57,952 nucleotides of DNA from an uncultured Pseudomonadales bacterium (GTDB lineage: Bacteria > Patescibacteriota > Microgenomatia > UBA1400 > PJMF01), in contig CAYOQI010000007.1 of NCBI GenBank assembly GCA_964406075.1, positions 1 through 57,952 on the forward strand. The letters run 5' to 3'. Shown one piece after another: positions 36,151-46,032 of the stretch; within the stretch, counting starts at the first letter, position 1; each line of letters begins with the position of its first letter. The position numbers and the translations under genes were made by a program. The notes under the pieces are model-generated. The model saw only the letters and a program-made list of their open reading frames with translations. It was not told where the DNA came from and ran no database searches.

Positions 36151-37263
36151 TTAGTACGAATTTGTATTTTCCAACTCAACACTTTTATTTATAAAACTAT
36201 TGAGAACATCTAATTTTTCTTTTCCATCTAACCAAACTGGTTGTCCATAATTATCTATACGAATTGGATGAATTTTGAAGTCCACCAATTTTTTCTCTTG
36301 AAAAAAATATTCTCCTACGATCCCAATTCTCGTCTCCATCGACCACATTTGATCAAACACAAAATTACCATGTGAATACACTATTAATTTATCTTTATAA
36401 AATTCGAGCGGTTGCCACCAATGTGGATGATTCCCAACAACCACATCAGCTCCTGCATTAACCGCATAGTGTGCCCATCTCACCTGATTCGCAGTAGGCG
36501 AATAGGTATACTCAGCACCCCAATGAAATTGGACAATTACAACATCCGCAACAGATCTTGCTTCACGTACTTTTGCACTGACTAAATCTTCGCTGAGATC
36601 AGGAACTCCTGATTGAGAATTTACTTCATTAAATCCTAAAAATGCGAACTTGATCCCATTCACACTTTTCACTGCAAATTGATTTATCCCAGTCACTTCA
36701 ATATTTGAATCTTGTAATAACTGAACTGTTTCAGCAATGCCTTCTTTCTCCCAATTTCCAGCATGGTTATTCGCAAAATTAACAACATCGACGCCAGCAT
36801 ATAATAATCCGTCAACACTACGAGGATCACCACAAAAAATCATCCCATCAGATTTTACTGGACAATTAGTAACAAGAGGGGTTTCTAAATTAACAAAAGT
36901 GATGTCGGCTTCTTGCAACTTCTCGTTGGTCAATAAAAATGGCCATCTAAAATCATTCATTTGTGTCATTTTTGCATTTACAGATCGAGCGAGTAACACA
37001 TCACCAGTCACAAGCACTGAAGTAAAATCTCCTTCGATTTTTTGTTGCAAATCCACTTGATCTAAAGAGGTTAAAGGGTGCAATTGGGCAGAAACTGTAG
37101 ATAGTTGGGTAGTAGGAGATTTATTTATTGAAAATGATTTGGTGATTTCAATTGCTGGACCCGGAAGCGTTTTGTCGCTCTTAAAAAAGTACTGAATCAA
37201 CAAAAATGTCCCGAATAAGCTTCCAACAAATACAAACACAAAAATGGCAACAGTTTCAATCAT
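36151..37263 (-). CDS. CapA-family (PGA_cap) metallophosphatase-like protein with an N-terminal membrane anchor
   Basis: GDVLLARSV, NLETPL, NFANNH, QFHWGAEY and VGNHPH motifs. The start is uncertain: 37263, 37302 or 37317. Confidence 0.7.
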   Translation of the reverse strand: MIETVAIFVFVFVGSLFGTFLLIQYFFKSDKTLPGPAIEITKSFSINKSPTTQLSTVSAQLHPLTSLDQVDLQQKIEGDFTSVLVTGDVLLARSVNAKMTQMNDFRWPFLLTNEKLQEADITFVNLETPLVTNCPVKSDGMIFCGDPRSVDGLLYAGVDVVNFANNHAGNWEKEGIAETVQLLQDSNIEVTGINQFAVKSVNGIKFAFLGFNEVNSQSGVPDLSEDLVSAKVREARSVADVVIVQFHWGAEYTYSPTANQVRWAHYAVNAGADVVVGNHPHWWQPLEFYKDKLIVYSHGNFVFDQMWSMETRIGIVGEYFFQEKKLVDFKIHPIRIDNYGQPVWLDGKEKLDVLNSFINKSVELENTNSY

Positions 37264-37372
37264 TATTTTCACTAATATATTATGGCATGTAACATGATAC
37301 ATTGCTTCTCCCGCCATCAGCGGGAAACCTGGTCAGCTAGAGGTTAATCAGCCTTAGACTGAAACCTTGATC

Positions 37373-37401
37373 TTGAACCTTGTGCATAGGTACAGCATAA
37401 T
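37373..37401 (+). promoter_or_regulatory. Promoter TTGAAC-17 nt-CATAAT ending 7 nt before the ATG at 37409
   Basis: Spacing counted directly; leaderless-type. Confidence 0.5.
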
Positions 37402-37408
37402 CCCAACT

Positions 37409-38692
37409 ATGAAAATCGCCATCATTGGAGCCGGCTATACCGGATTATCAGCTGCTCATCAGCTTTCTAAATCTGGACATACAGTTGATGTATTCGAGGC
37501 TGAAACTGTTCCTGGAGGATTAGCGGCTGGATTTCAAGAGAAGGAATGGGAATGGTCCGTAGAGAAACACTATCACCATCTTTTTCGTTCAGATAAAGAT
37601 TTTCAAGAACTCCTCGCCGAAACAAACTTGAGTGAAAAACTACAGTACTATTCGGTAAAAACGTCAACATTATACAAAGGTGACGTTTTTCAACTAGACT
37701 CACCCCTTTCACTACTTCAATGTTCAGCCCTTTCTTTTTCAAGTCGCTTAAGAACAGGTGCTACCTTAGCAGGATTGAAATTTATGCCTTGGCATAAAAA
37801 ATTGGATGAAATCACGGCGAAAGAGTTTATTTTAAAAACTATGGGCAAAGAAGTCTGGGAAGTGCTGTGGGAACCACTTTTCATTGGAAAATTTGGTGGA
37901 TACGCCGACAAAATTAATGCGAGTTGGTTCTGGGCTAGGATTCATGTTCGTTCTCAACAACTCGGATATTTATCTGGAGGATTTGGCATGATTGCCCAGG
38001 ATTTAGTGAAGTTTTTAAAAAGTCAAAAAGTTTCAGTACATTTTTCTTCTCCTGTAGAAAAAATAATGAAACAGGATGAGAAATGGAAAGTGAAAATTAA
38101 AAATAAAAAAGAATTAAGTTCATATGATCAGGTCCTGGTTACCGGTCCTCATACTTTACTGCACGCTTTAGTTCCTGAACTCGATCGATCTTATACCCAA
38201 TCACTTAACGGATTAAAAAGTTTAGGAGCCATGACACTTATTTTAGAGCTCGGTTCTCCATTTTTTTCTGATCAAACCTACTGGTTAAATATCAATGAAA
38301 AAGGTTGGCCATTTTTGGCTGTGGTTGAGCACACAAATATGGTTGCTTCATCACACTATGACGGCAAACATTTACTTTACATTGGAAAGTATTTAAAACC
38401 TGATGAGAAACAATTTTCATTAACAAAAGATGAATTACTAAAGTTGTATACACCTTATTTATCAAAAATTTCTCCTAATTTTTCATCGCATATTCGACGA
38501 TCGTGGTTATTTAAAGAACGGTACGCTCAACCGATTGCTGAGGTGAATCATCATAAAAATATTCCTTCAATTAAAACTCCGCTTGATGGGCTTTTTTGGG
38601 CCAGCATGCACCATGTGTATCCATGGGATCGTGGAACGAATTACGCTATTCGATTAGGAAAGGAAGCAACTAGATTAATGCAATCCAGTTAA
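37409..38692 (+). CDS. Rossmann-fold FAD/NAD(P)-dependent oxidoreductase (amine-oxidase/phytoene-desaturase/PPO-like)
   Basis: MKIAIIGAGYTGLSAA...VFEAETVPGGLA dinucleotide-binding motif. 427 aa. Confidence 0.65.
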   Translation: MKIAIIGAGYTGLSAAHQLSKSGHTVDVFEAETVPGGLAAGFQEKEWEWSVEKHYHHLFRSDKDFQELLAETNLSEKLQYYSVKTSTLYKGDVFQLDSPLSLLQCSALSFSSRLRTGATLAGLKFMPWHKKLDEITAKEFILKTMGKEVWEVLWEPLFIGKFGGYADKINASWFWARIHVRSQQLGYLSGGFGMIAQDLVKFLKSQKVSVHFSSPVEKIMKQDEKWKVKIKNKKELSSYDQVLVTGPHTLLHALVPELDRSYTQSLNGLKSLGAMTLILELGSPFFSDQTYWLNINEKGWPFLAVVEHTNMVASSHYDGKHLLYIGKYLKPDEKQFSLTKDELLKLYTPYLSKISPNFSSHIRRSWLFKERYAQPIAEVNHHKNIPSIKTPLDGLFWASMHHVYPWDRGTNYAIRLGKEATRLMQSS

Positions 38693-38976
38693 TCTTCATT
38701 CTTCATAAGAAGTTATTAACAACTGCAAAACTTAATGAAGTAACTTTTACCTTGTATCTTGCACCCTACCCCTTATTCCCCTCATAATGATCTAATTCGA
38801 AAGAGCCTGTTTGAAAAGTCCCTTTCTTTCGAAAGACAGTCAGGTTCGAGAAAAAAAGAGTGCAGAACGACGAAGGAGTAGCCGAGTCTACTTTAAGGAG
38901 TGATAAACACTTTTTTACCGAATCCTGCTGTATTGCAGATGAATGCGACTTTTCAATCAGGCTCTCAAATAAGACC

Positions 38977-40716
38977 ATGCCCAGGTATCAAAAATACTTT
39001 TCCCACTTCAAGACGTACTTTCATAGATCCAAACCATACTGGAATATTTTTTTTGTCATCCTTGTTTGTGTTGGTTTTTCAAGCTATTTAATGTTCTCAA
39101 CATTTTCATATACTGATAATTCCATCGTGATTGCTGGGAAAATTTGGTCTGATTTTTGGGCAAATATCCCACTGATTCGATCTTTTTCCTTTGGTGATAA
39201 TATCCCTCCCGAATATCCTCTTTTCCCGGGAGAACGTATCCGTTACCATTTCTTTTTCTTCTTTTTGGTTGGCATGTTGGAAAAAATGGGCCTTCGAATT
39301 GATTTTGCTCTCAATTTTTTAAGTATCATTGGGTTTTCCGGAATGATGATTGGGGTGTATTTTTTAACGAAACAAATCAGTAAATCAAAATTGGCTGGGT
39401 GGATTGCAATTTTTCTTTTTATTTTTAATTCATCTTTTTCTTGGTTGTATTACCTCGACAAAGGCATTGACTCACTTCCTGAAGTTGTGACGAACACCGA
39501 ATACGGTTCGCATGGTCCATATGACAATACAATTGTCAGCGGTTTTTGGAAGTTAAATGTCTATACCAATCAACGGCATCTGACCTTAGCATTCACCTTC
39601 TTTTTCGTAGCGATCTGGTCAATTGTCTATGCCAAAAATAAAAAATGGGCCTACCTTGGTGTGATTTTATTAATCTCACTTTCATGGATGCATAAAGCTA
39701 TATTGCTTATTTCTTTTTTACTTTTAGGTGCACTTTTTATTACTCAAACGGGAAAAAGGCGGAGGATCCTTGGAGCATTATTACTTGCCGGAAGTTTGTG
39801 TATTCCAGGAATCTTATATTTAAATGGTGATGGTGTGACTACCGAAAAAGCAATTACGTGGAGACCAGGATTTTTATTTAACGCAACAGATTGGCATGAA
39901 TTTTCATTCTATCTCAAGGGAATTCCAAAATGGTTGGTCTATTGGTTCTTAAATTTGGGCTTCCTCCCTATCGTAGCGTTGTTCGGCTGGATCACATTAT
40001 CTTTTCAAGCGTTAAAAGGTAAAAAAGTTTGGAAAAAAATCACCACATTTTTCACTTCAGATATGGTCGTATGGTTTGTGGTAAGTATTGTGATATTTGG
40101 TATCGCTAATTTATTTAGTTTTGCCAGTGATTTAGGGACAAATCATAAATTCATTAATTTTACTCAAATTGTTTTAACGGCCTTTAGTGCGAGTTTTTTG
40201 GCAATTCTTTGGAGAACTCGAGTGAAAGTGATGGTCCCAGTTTTGTTAATTCTATTGAGCTTAGGCGGAATTTTTGATTTTTTCCCAGTCTTTAATGACA
40301 ATAAAATTATTTGGGATGATGTCGAAAAAGATCCGGTCGCACGATGGATATACTATGAGACAAAACCCGATAGCATTTTTCTCAATACTTCATATGGATA
40401 TAACTCAATCGGAATTGCTGGCAGAAAAATATTTTGGGGGTGGGATTATTTTACCAATGGGATCGGATATAATTTGAGAGGTCGTCACGAAGAATTAAAA
40501 CCTCTTTTCCAAGGCGTACTGACACAACAACAAGCGTGTGAATATTTAATCTCAAAAAGTATTGATTATATTTATCTTGATTTGCATGATCAGGAATTGA
40601 AAAATACTTTTCTCGATGTGCGGGTGAATCAAGACTACTTCGATACGACTTTTGTGACTGTTGCCACCTTCCCTCTTGTTAAAATGTATGACGTCGAACT
40701 GACTTGTCAGAATTAA
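38977..40716 (+). CDS. Polytopic membrane protein, divergent DUF2298/'YYY'-family paralogue (GT-C-like)
   Basis: LIRSFSFGDNIPPEYPLFPGERIRYHFFFFF aligns with ILRSEYFPPQDLWFSGEHINYYYFGH of the 42444 protein. The ATG at 38977 is preferred over the GTG at 38860. Confidence 0.5.
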   Translation: MPRYQKYFSHFKTYFHRSKPYWNIFFVILVCVGFSSYLMFSTFSYTDNSIVIAGKIWSDFWANIPLIRSFSFGDNIPPEYPLFPGERIRYHFFFFFLVGMLEKMGLRIDFALNFLSIIGFSGMMIGVYFLTKQISKSKLAGWIAIFLFIFNSSFSWLYYLDKGIDSLPEVVTNTEYGSHGPYDNTIVSGFWKLNVYTNQRHLTLAFTFFFVAIWSIVYAKNKKWAYLGVILLISLSWMHKAILLISFLLLGALFITQTGKRRRILGALLLAGSLCIPGILYLNGDGVTTEKAITWRPGFLFNATDWHEFSFYLKGIPKWLVYWFLNLGFLPIVALFGWITLSFQALKGKKVWKKITTFFTSDMVVWFVVSIVIFGIANLFSFASDLGTNHKFINFTQIVLTAFSASFLAILWRTRVKVMVPVLLILLSLGGIFDFFPVFNDNKIIWDDVEKDPVARWIYYETKPDSIFLNTSYGYNSIGIAGRKIFWGWDYFTNGIGYNLRGRHEELKPLFQGVLTQQQACEYLISKSIDYIYLDLHDQELKNTFLDVRVNQDYFDTTFVTVATFPLVKMYDVELTCQN

Positions 40717-41474
40717 TGTGTTTTCTTAGCCGTGATAACAAGCACTGATCCCCACATTGAACCAGCTGAATATTCCAAATGATCAATTTTTTCGGCCAAC
40801 TTCCAACTGACGCCACTAATCCAAGGAGCAACTCCACACTTTGTCCCAATGTAGGTCACTTCAAATCCTGTTTTCATGAGTAAAGATCTAAGCAAATCGG
40901 GAGTATAGTGAGAAACATGTTGGTCTCCATCAAGATGAGGAACCAGATGAAAAGCATCAAGTCCTTTTTCAATCAAAGGCCACAAACTCCGATAATTTGG
41001 AGTTGTGATAAATATTTCCCCACCCTTCTTCAGTAATCTTTGAGATTCACGCAGCAATACTTCGCCTTGGTCAAAATAGATGTGTTCGATCAACTCTAAA
41101 CAATAAATTTTATCGACAGGTTTATGAATTGAAAATTTTTCATCAACTAACGCTTTTATAAAGGTTAAGTTCTTTTTTTTGAATTGTTTCTGAGCAAATT
41201 TCATCGCACGCGTGCTTCCATCAATCCCATACACTTCAGCACCTGAATTAGCCAAGAAATCACTGATGACACCAGATCCACAACCGATGTCTAATATCAC
41301 ATCTTTATTTTTCGGAGGGAGCACTCGCTGAATCGTTGTTTGTTTTGAGGTATGCCAAAAGCGTTGAACTGAGCTTGAAGAACTCAACGCCTTAAATTGA
41401 TAATCACCCGCAATTTCAATTGCATCACCTTTTCGCCGGCGAGTGTTCTGAACTACCTTACCTTTTTTTTTCAT
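40713..41474 (-). CDS. Class I SAM-dependent methyltransferase
   Basis: Motif I ILDIGCGSGVISDFLA and the post-I VYGIDG. The start is at 41474 or 41495. Confidence 0.75.
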   Translation of the reverse strand: MKKKGKVVQNTRRRKGDAIEIAGDYQFKALSSSSSVQRFWHTSKQTTIQRVLPPKNKDVILDIGCGSGVISDFLANSGAEVYGIDGSTRAMKFAQKQFKKKNLTFIKALVDEKFSIHKPVDKIYCLELIEHIYFDQGEVLLRESQRLLKKGGEIFITTPNYRSLWPLIEKGLDAFHLVPHLDGDQHVSHYTPDLLRSLLMKTGFEVTYIGTKCGVAPWISGVSWKLAEKIDHLEYSAGSMWGSVLVITAKKTH

Positions 41475-42405
41475 GAGTGAGAATCTCTCGTACAATAAAT
41501 AAAGGACGTTTCTTCACTTCTGAAACCAGTACTCCTATGTACTCAGCCAGAATGCCGAACAACACAAATTGTACGGAAAACAAGAAACTAATCAGGACAA
41601 CTGTGGTGGTGTAACCTGGAATCGTTAGTCCAAGGTACTTCATAATGATCGAAAATATACCAACTAATAAGCTACCAAAACCAACAATTAATCCAATCAC
41701 AACAGACAATCGAAGTGGAACATGAGAAAACGCAATCAATGCTTCAGAACTGAGATTAAAAAGTGAAAAGTGCGAATACTTGGTTTTTCCAAAACGTCTA
41801 TTTGGGGCAGTGAAAGAAATAAGTTTTTGTCTAAATCCTAAAGTTTGAATAAGTGCTCGTGTGAATCTTGAGACTTCTCCGTAATCTTTCACTAAATGAT
41901 CTGCAACTCTTCGTGAAATCAGGAAAAAATCACTCGAATTGTGGTGGATCGTATTTCGTCCCGAAAAATTTAATAATCGATAGAACAAAGCATTTTCAAA
42001 CTTGCGTAACAAGGAAGCCTCAGATGAATGAATTCGTTGCATGATGACGATCTGTGCCCCTTCTTTTGAGGCTTTAATCATTTCTGGAAGATATGACGGA
42101 GGATGTTGAAAGTCAGCATCCATGCAAATGATGCTCTCACCTTTTGCAAAAGAAATTCCTGCAGTCATAGCTGCTTCATGGCCATAATTTCGAGAAAACA
42201 TAATGCCTGAAACCAACGGATTTTTTCGAACTATTGACTCAATTTCATCTTCACTACCATCTGTACTGCCATCGTTCACAAAAATAATTTCGTATGAAAA
42301 TTTGTTTAAAATTTCTTTTAAAGAAGAATACAGTTCTTTGATATTTTGCTCTTCGTTAAAGACTGATATCACAATACTAATTTGTGGTAGGGTTTGAGGT
42401 TTCAC
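41458..42405 (-). CDS. Polyprenyl-phosphate glycosyltransferase, GT2 (ArnC/GtrB/DPM1-like) with a C-terminal TM pair
   Basis: ISIVISVFNEEQNI, IIFVNDGSTDGS, SRNYGHEAA and MDADFQHPP, plus two C-terminal TM helices. GTG start. Confidence 0.8.
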   Translation of the reverse strand: MKPQTLPQISIVISVFNEEQNIKELYSSLKEILNKFSYEIIFVNDGSTDGSEDEIESIVRKNPLVSGIMFSRNYGHEAAMTAGISFAKGESIICMDADFQHPPSYLPEMIKASKEGAQIVIMQRIHSSEASLLRKFENALFYRLLNFSGRNTIHHNSSDFFLISRRVADHLVKDYGEVSRFTRALIQTLGFRQKLISFTAPNRRFGKTKYSHFSLFNLSSEALIAFSHVPLRLSVVIGLIVGFGSLLVGIFSIIMKYLGLTIPGYTTTVVLISFLFSVQFVLFGILAEYIGVLVSEVKKRPLFIVREILTHEKKR

Positions 42406-42443
42406 GAATATGTATAATAGTTGTTTATACGAAATTCTAACAT

Positions 42444-44453
42444 ATGGACGTTATCATCTGGTCTTTGACTCTCATCGTCTTTCAGTTCATTTTTCTGCCT
42501 TTTTCGGTATATTTGTTTAAATCACTCAATTTTAGAGGCATTTTACTCAGCAAATTAATTGGAATACTCTTCATTTCGTTCTCAATTTGGTTTTTCGGAT
42601 CATTACACATTTTAGCTTTTTCTCGATTTTCTTTGCTGATCTTACTCGCAGTTGCTGCAATACTGAATGGGAGATTACTTCAAAAAAATCTGACAATTCG
42701 CAATTTTCTTTTTTCTCACAAGAGAAAAATTATTTTGACTGAACTTGTATTCTTCTTGCCTTTTCTCATCTGGGTCATTCTTCGAATGTTTAATCCTCAC
42801 ATCGATAATTTTGAAAAATTTATGGATTTCGGCTTTGTCACAACTATTTTACGCTCAGAGTATTTTCCACCCCAAGACTTATGGTTCTCTGGTGAACATA
42901 TCAATTACTACTACTTTGGACACCTTGTTTCTGCCGTGTTAATTAAACTAAGCGGAGTCTCCCCAACAATTGGATATAACCTCATGATGGCCACCATAGT
43001 TGGGTTAAGCTGTACGGCCACTTTTACACTGGGCTCTACATTCGCTAGCTATTTAAAAAAATCGTTTCGTGCTCAAGTTTTTGTTGGAATTATCTCAACT
43101 TTATTTGTTAACTTTGCCGGGACACTTTTTACTTTTGGGTTTTTATTTGAAGAAAGATTAGAACCATTTTGGTTTTGGCGATCCATCAGACTCATTCCTG
43201 GAGCTATTCATGAATTCCCACAATACAGTTTTGCTGTCTCAGATTTGCATGCACACATGCTCAATATCCCCTTTGTCTTACTCGTATTATGCTCACTAAT
43301 GAACATCTGGTACCTACCTTTCTTACCGAAATTGAATTCAATTAAAAAGCACATCCCACACTTGGTCATCCACGGATGGATTCTCGGAATTTGTTTTATG
43401 ACCAGCGCTTGGGACCTTCCAATCTATTTAGGCGTATCAGGTTTAGCTTTTTTCTTTAAAAGAATACTGAATGGGAAAACAGTCCTGCACGGAATGCTTG
43501 GTAGTTTGATTGAGTTTGTTATCGTCATTTTGGGAATTATTGTCAGCACGCTTTTATTTGTTGTGAAGTTTGATTTCAGCATTTCTCAAGGTGTGCACTT
43601 GGTTTACTCACATACAGAGCTTATTCATTACTTCACTCTTTGGGCGCCACCACTGATAACAATTGTATTTGGTTTTTGCTTTTGGTTTTTTTCATGGAAA
43701 AAAGAAAAATTGGAATCGACGTATGTATTTCTTTTTTTACTCGCCGGCTGGGGAGTATTGATGACACTTATTCCAGAAATTATTTATTTAAAAGATATTT
43801 ACGGTGGTGATTTTTACCGCGGAAATACCATTCTCAAGTTTTATTATCAAGCGTTTATTATTCTCGGTGTCGTCTCTTCTGTTTTGATTTGTAAAATATT
43901 TTTGAGTCGACCGAAAAAAATCATTCGTCTTCTTTTACTTCTTCCAGTAGCAATGTGGATTGCATGCTTGATCTATCCATTTCAAATAATTCCTGCCTAT
44001 TACAATCAATTTACTATGAACCAAGGTTTGGATGGCGCTCTTTTTATTCAGATGTATCATCCCGAAGATTATGAAACCATTAATTGGCTAAATGAAAATG
44101 TCAACGGTCAGCCTATTGTGCTCGAAGCTGCCGGCGATAGTTACAGTTACGATAATAGAATTTCAGTCTTTACTGGACTCCCTACTGTCCAAGGATGGTT
44201 TGTTCACGAATGGTTATGGAGAGGTGGTTCTGAGAAACCTGGAAAAAGAGCGAATGATGTCAGATCAATATATGAAAGTGGTAATCTTGAGGAAATTCAA
44301 AGACTCATTTCTGAGTACAACATTGAATATCTATATATCGGAAATATTGAACGCTCAAAGTATCCAACTCTCCAAGAATCAATTTTTGATAGACTTGGTT
44401 CAGTGGTATTTCAAAGTGGAAACAGCAAGCTCTATAAAATAATGAGGAACTAA
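42444..44453 (+). CDS. DUF2298 / chlor_Arch_YYY-family polytopic membrane protein (GT-C-like, function unknown)
   Basis: 669 aa with more than 12 TM segments, the eponymous GEHINYYYFGH motif, and a C-terminal soluble domain. Confidence 0.6.
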   Translation: MDVIIWSLTLIVFQFIFLPFSVYLFKSLNFRGILLSKLIGILFISFSIWFFGSLHILAFSRFSLLILLAVAAILNGRLLQKNLTIRNFLFSHKRKIILTELVFFLPFLIWVILRMFNPHIDNFEKFMDFGFVTTILRSEYFPPQDLWFSGEHINYYYFGHLVSAVLIKLSGVSPTIGYNLMMATIVGLSCTATFTLGSTFASYLKKSFRAQVFVGIISTLFVNFAGTLFTFGFLFEERLEPFWFWRSIRLIPGAIHEFPQYSFAVSDLHAHMLNIPFVLLVLCSLMNIWYLPFLPKLNSIKKHIPHLVIHGWILGICFMTSAWDLPIYLGVSGLAFFFKRILNGKTVLHGMLGSLIEFVIVILGIIVSTLLFVVKFDFSISQGVHLVYSHTELIHYFTLWAPPLITIVFGFCFWFFSWKKEKLESTYVFLFLLAGWGVLMTLIPEIIYLKDIYGGDFYRGNTILKFYYQAFIILGVVSSVLICKIFLSRPKKIIRLLLLLPVAMWIACLIYPFQIIPAYYNQFTMNQGLDGALFIQMYHPEDYETINWLNENVNGQPIVLEAAGDSYSYDNRISVFTGLPTVQGWFVHEWLWRGGSEKPGKRANDVRSIYESGNLEEIQRLISEYNIEYLYIGNIERSKYPTLQESIFDRLGSVVFQSGNSKLYKIMRN

Positions 44454-45889
44454 GACGTTTTGCTTTCTTTCTCTTCTAAATACATATCATCGTCGTTTAT
44501 ATCCCACACACTTTGAATTGTTTCTCCTGCCAAAATATTACGGGCAACATAAAAGCCTGACAAAATTGAGTGATCTTGATTGTTATATCGGAACAGCCCA
44601 CCTCTTCCACATGGAAAAATATTTTTAAAGTTCTGGATAAACACTTTCGCTTGTAAAAGTGGCGTCTGATAATCAAAATTGTAAACTGGATATGCGTTGT
44701 TCACTCGGTATACAAAACCATCAATAATATCTGTGGATTGGACTAAACCAAGTTGAACGATTTCTTGCTTTGCGAGAGCAAGCAGTTTCGCATCAGACAT
44801 CTTCCACAACTCATCATTTTTACTCGCAAAGTATTCCATACCAATTGGAGTATTATTTTCACCTTCCGGAATCATATAAGGACTCCAATTTCTGAAATTT
44901 TGAATTCTTCCGACTTTAACTTGTGGCTCATGAATATAAATCCATTGATCAGGAAATGGGTTGTTTTTGATGATTAAATTAACAGTAATAAAATTCCGAA
45001 ATTGTAATCTTTTTATCTGTCTCTTTAGGGAAGCTGATGGTTTTAGAAGAAGAATCAACTCATTAAATGGCATTGTGGAGACAAGAGAATCCACACCAAT
45101 TTTTTGCTGATTTCCATCAGCACCAACGTATCCAATACTTGTCACTTGAGATGAGTTTTTCTTGAGATTAATTTCATTGACAAAAGTATTAAAATAAAAA
45201 TGTACACCTTTTTTCTCGAGCATTTTCTGTAATTTTTTGTATAACATTCCTGGACCATATTTCGGATAGTGAAATGATTTAATAGCAGTTTTTGCTCCCA
45301 TCGGAGACTTCGTAATTGCCGAAATCATGGCTTTCCCTAAATTAAAATTTTGAATTCTTTGAGCGGCCCAATCTGCTGATAATTCTGATGTCGGTATACC
45401 CCAAACTTTTTCTGTATATGATTTAAAAAATATTTTGAATAATCGATCTCCAAACCTATTTGAAACCCATTGGTCAAAAGTTTTTTCTTCAGAATGTTTA
45501 TGAAGTTGACGAGATAACCAGCTGAAGACGATTTGAATTGATGCGATTATTCCTAAGTTATTTAGTGCATTTCCTGCACTCAGCGGATAATCAAAAAAAA
45601 GTTGGTTGTAATAAATTCGAGACAAGCGTTTTCGACGCAACATGTCTTTTTCTAAAAAGTTTTCGTAAAATTTTTTAATTTCCGGAAATTTTGTGTAGAA
45701 GCGATGACCTCCCAAATCAAATCGATATCCTTGAAAATCTAAGGTTTTAGAGATTCCTCCAACCTGATCAGAACACTCAAAAATATGAATATCATACTCA
45801 TCAAGTTTTCTTTTTTTGAGAAACTCGTACGCAGTAGCAAGCCCCGCCGGTCCCGCACCAATAATGATTACTTTTTTCTTTCTATTCAT
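44450..45889 (-). CDS. Rossmann-fold FAD/NAD(P)-dependent oxidoreductase (UDP-galactopyranose-mutase/PPO superfamily-like)
   Basis: KKVIIIGAGPAGLATA...IFECSDQVGGIS...GGHRFY. The ATG at 45889 is preferred over the GTG at 45919. Confidence 0.65.
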   Translation of the reverse strand: MNRKKKVIIIGAGPAGLATAYEFLKKRKLDEYDIHIFECSDQVGGISKTLDFQGYRFDLGGHRFYTKFPEIKKFYENFLEKDMLRRKRLSRIYYNQLFFDYPLSAGNALNNLGIIASIQIVFSWLSRQLHKHSEEKTFDQWVSNRFGDRLFKIFFKSYTEKVWGIPTSELSADWAAQRIQNFNLGKAMISAITKSPMGAKTAIKSFHYPKYGPGMLYKKLQKMLEKKGVHFYFNTFVNEINLKKNSSQVTSIGYVGADGNQQKIGVDSLVSTMPFNELILLLKPSASLKRQIKRLQFRNFITVNLIIKNNPFPDQWIYIHEPQVKVGRIQNFRNWSPYMIPEGENNTPIGMEYFASKNDELWKMSDAKLLALAKQEIVQLGLVQSTDIIDGFVYRVNNAYPVYNFDYQTPLLQAKVFIQNFKNIFPCGRGGLFRYNNQDHSILSGFYVARNILAGETIQSVWDINDDDMYLEEKESKTS

Positions 45890-46032
45890 AACCTTCGTTG
45901 ATTTTTTAAAATCGGACACAACAATAAGAATGATATACCAAAATAAAACTCATATGTAAGTCCGTATTTCGGATGTGTTTGTACAATGACTGTCTGCTTT
46001 TTTTTTATTGATAAATTCGTTAGAGTCATTAC

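Noticed and set aside
38860-38976. 39-codon GTG-initiated extension of the DUF2298-like ORF
   Set aside because: The extension is hydrophilic and Cys-rich, and covers the repeated CGACGAAGGAG motif. ATG 38977 gives a typical membrane-protein N-terminus. It is kept as an open question in the findings.
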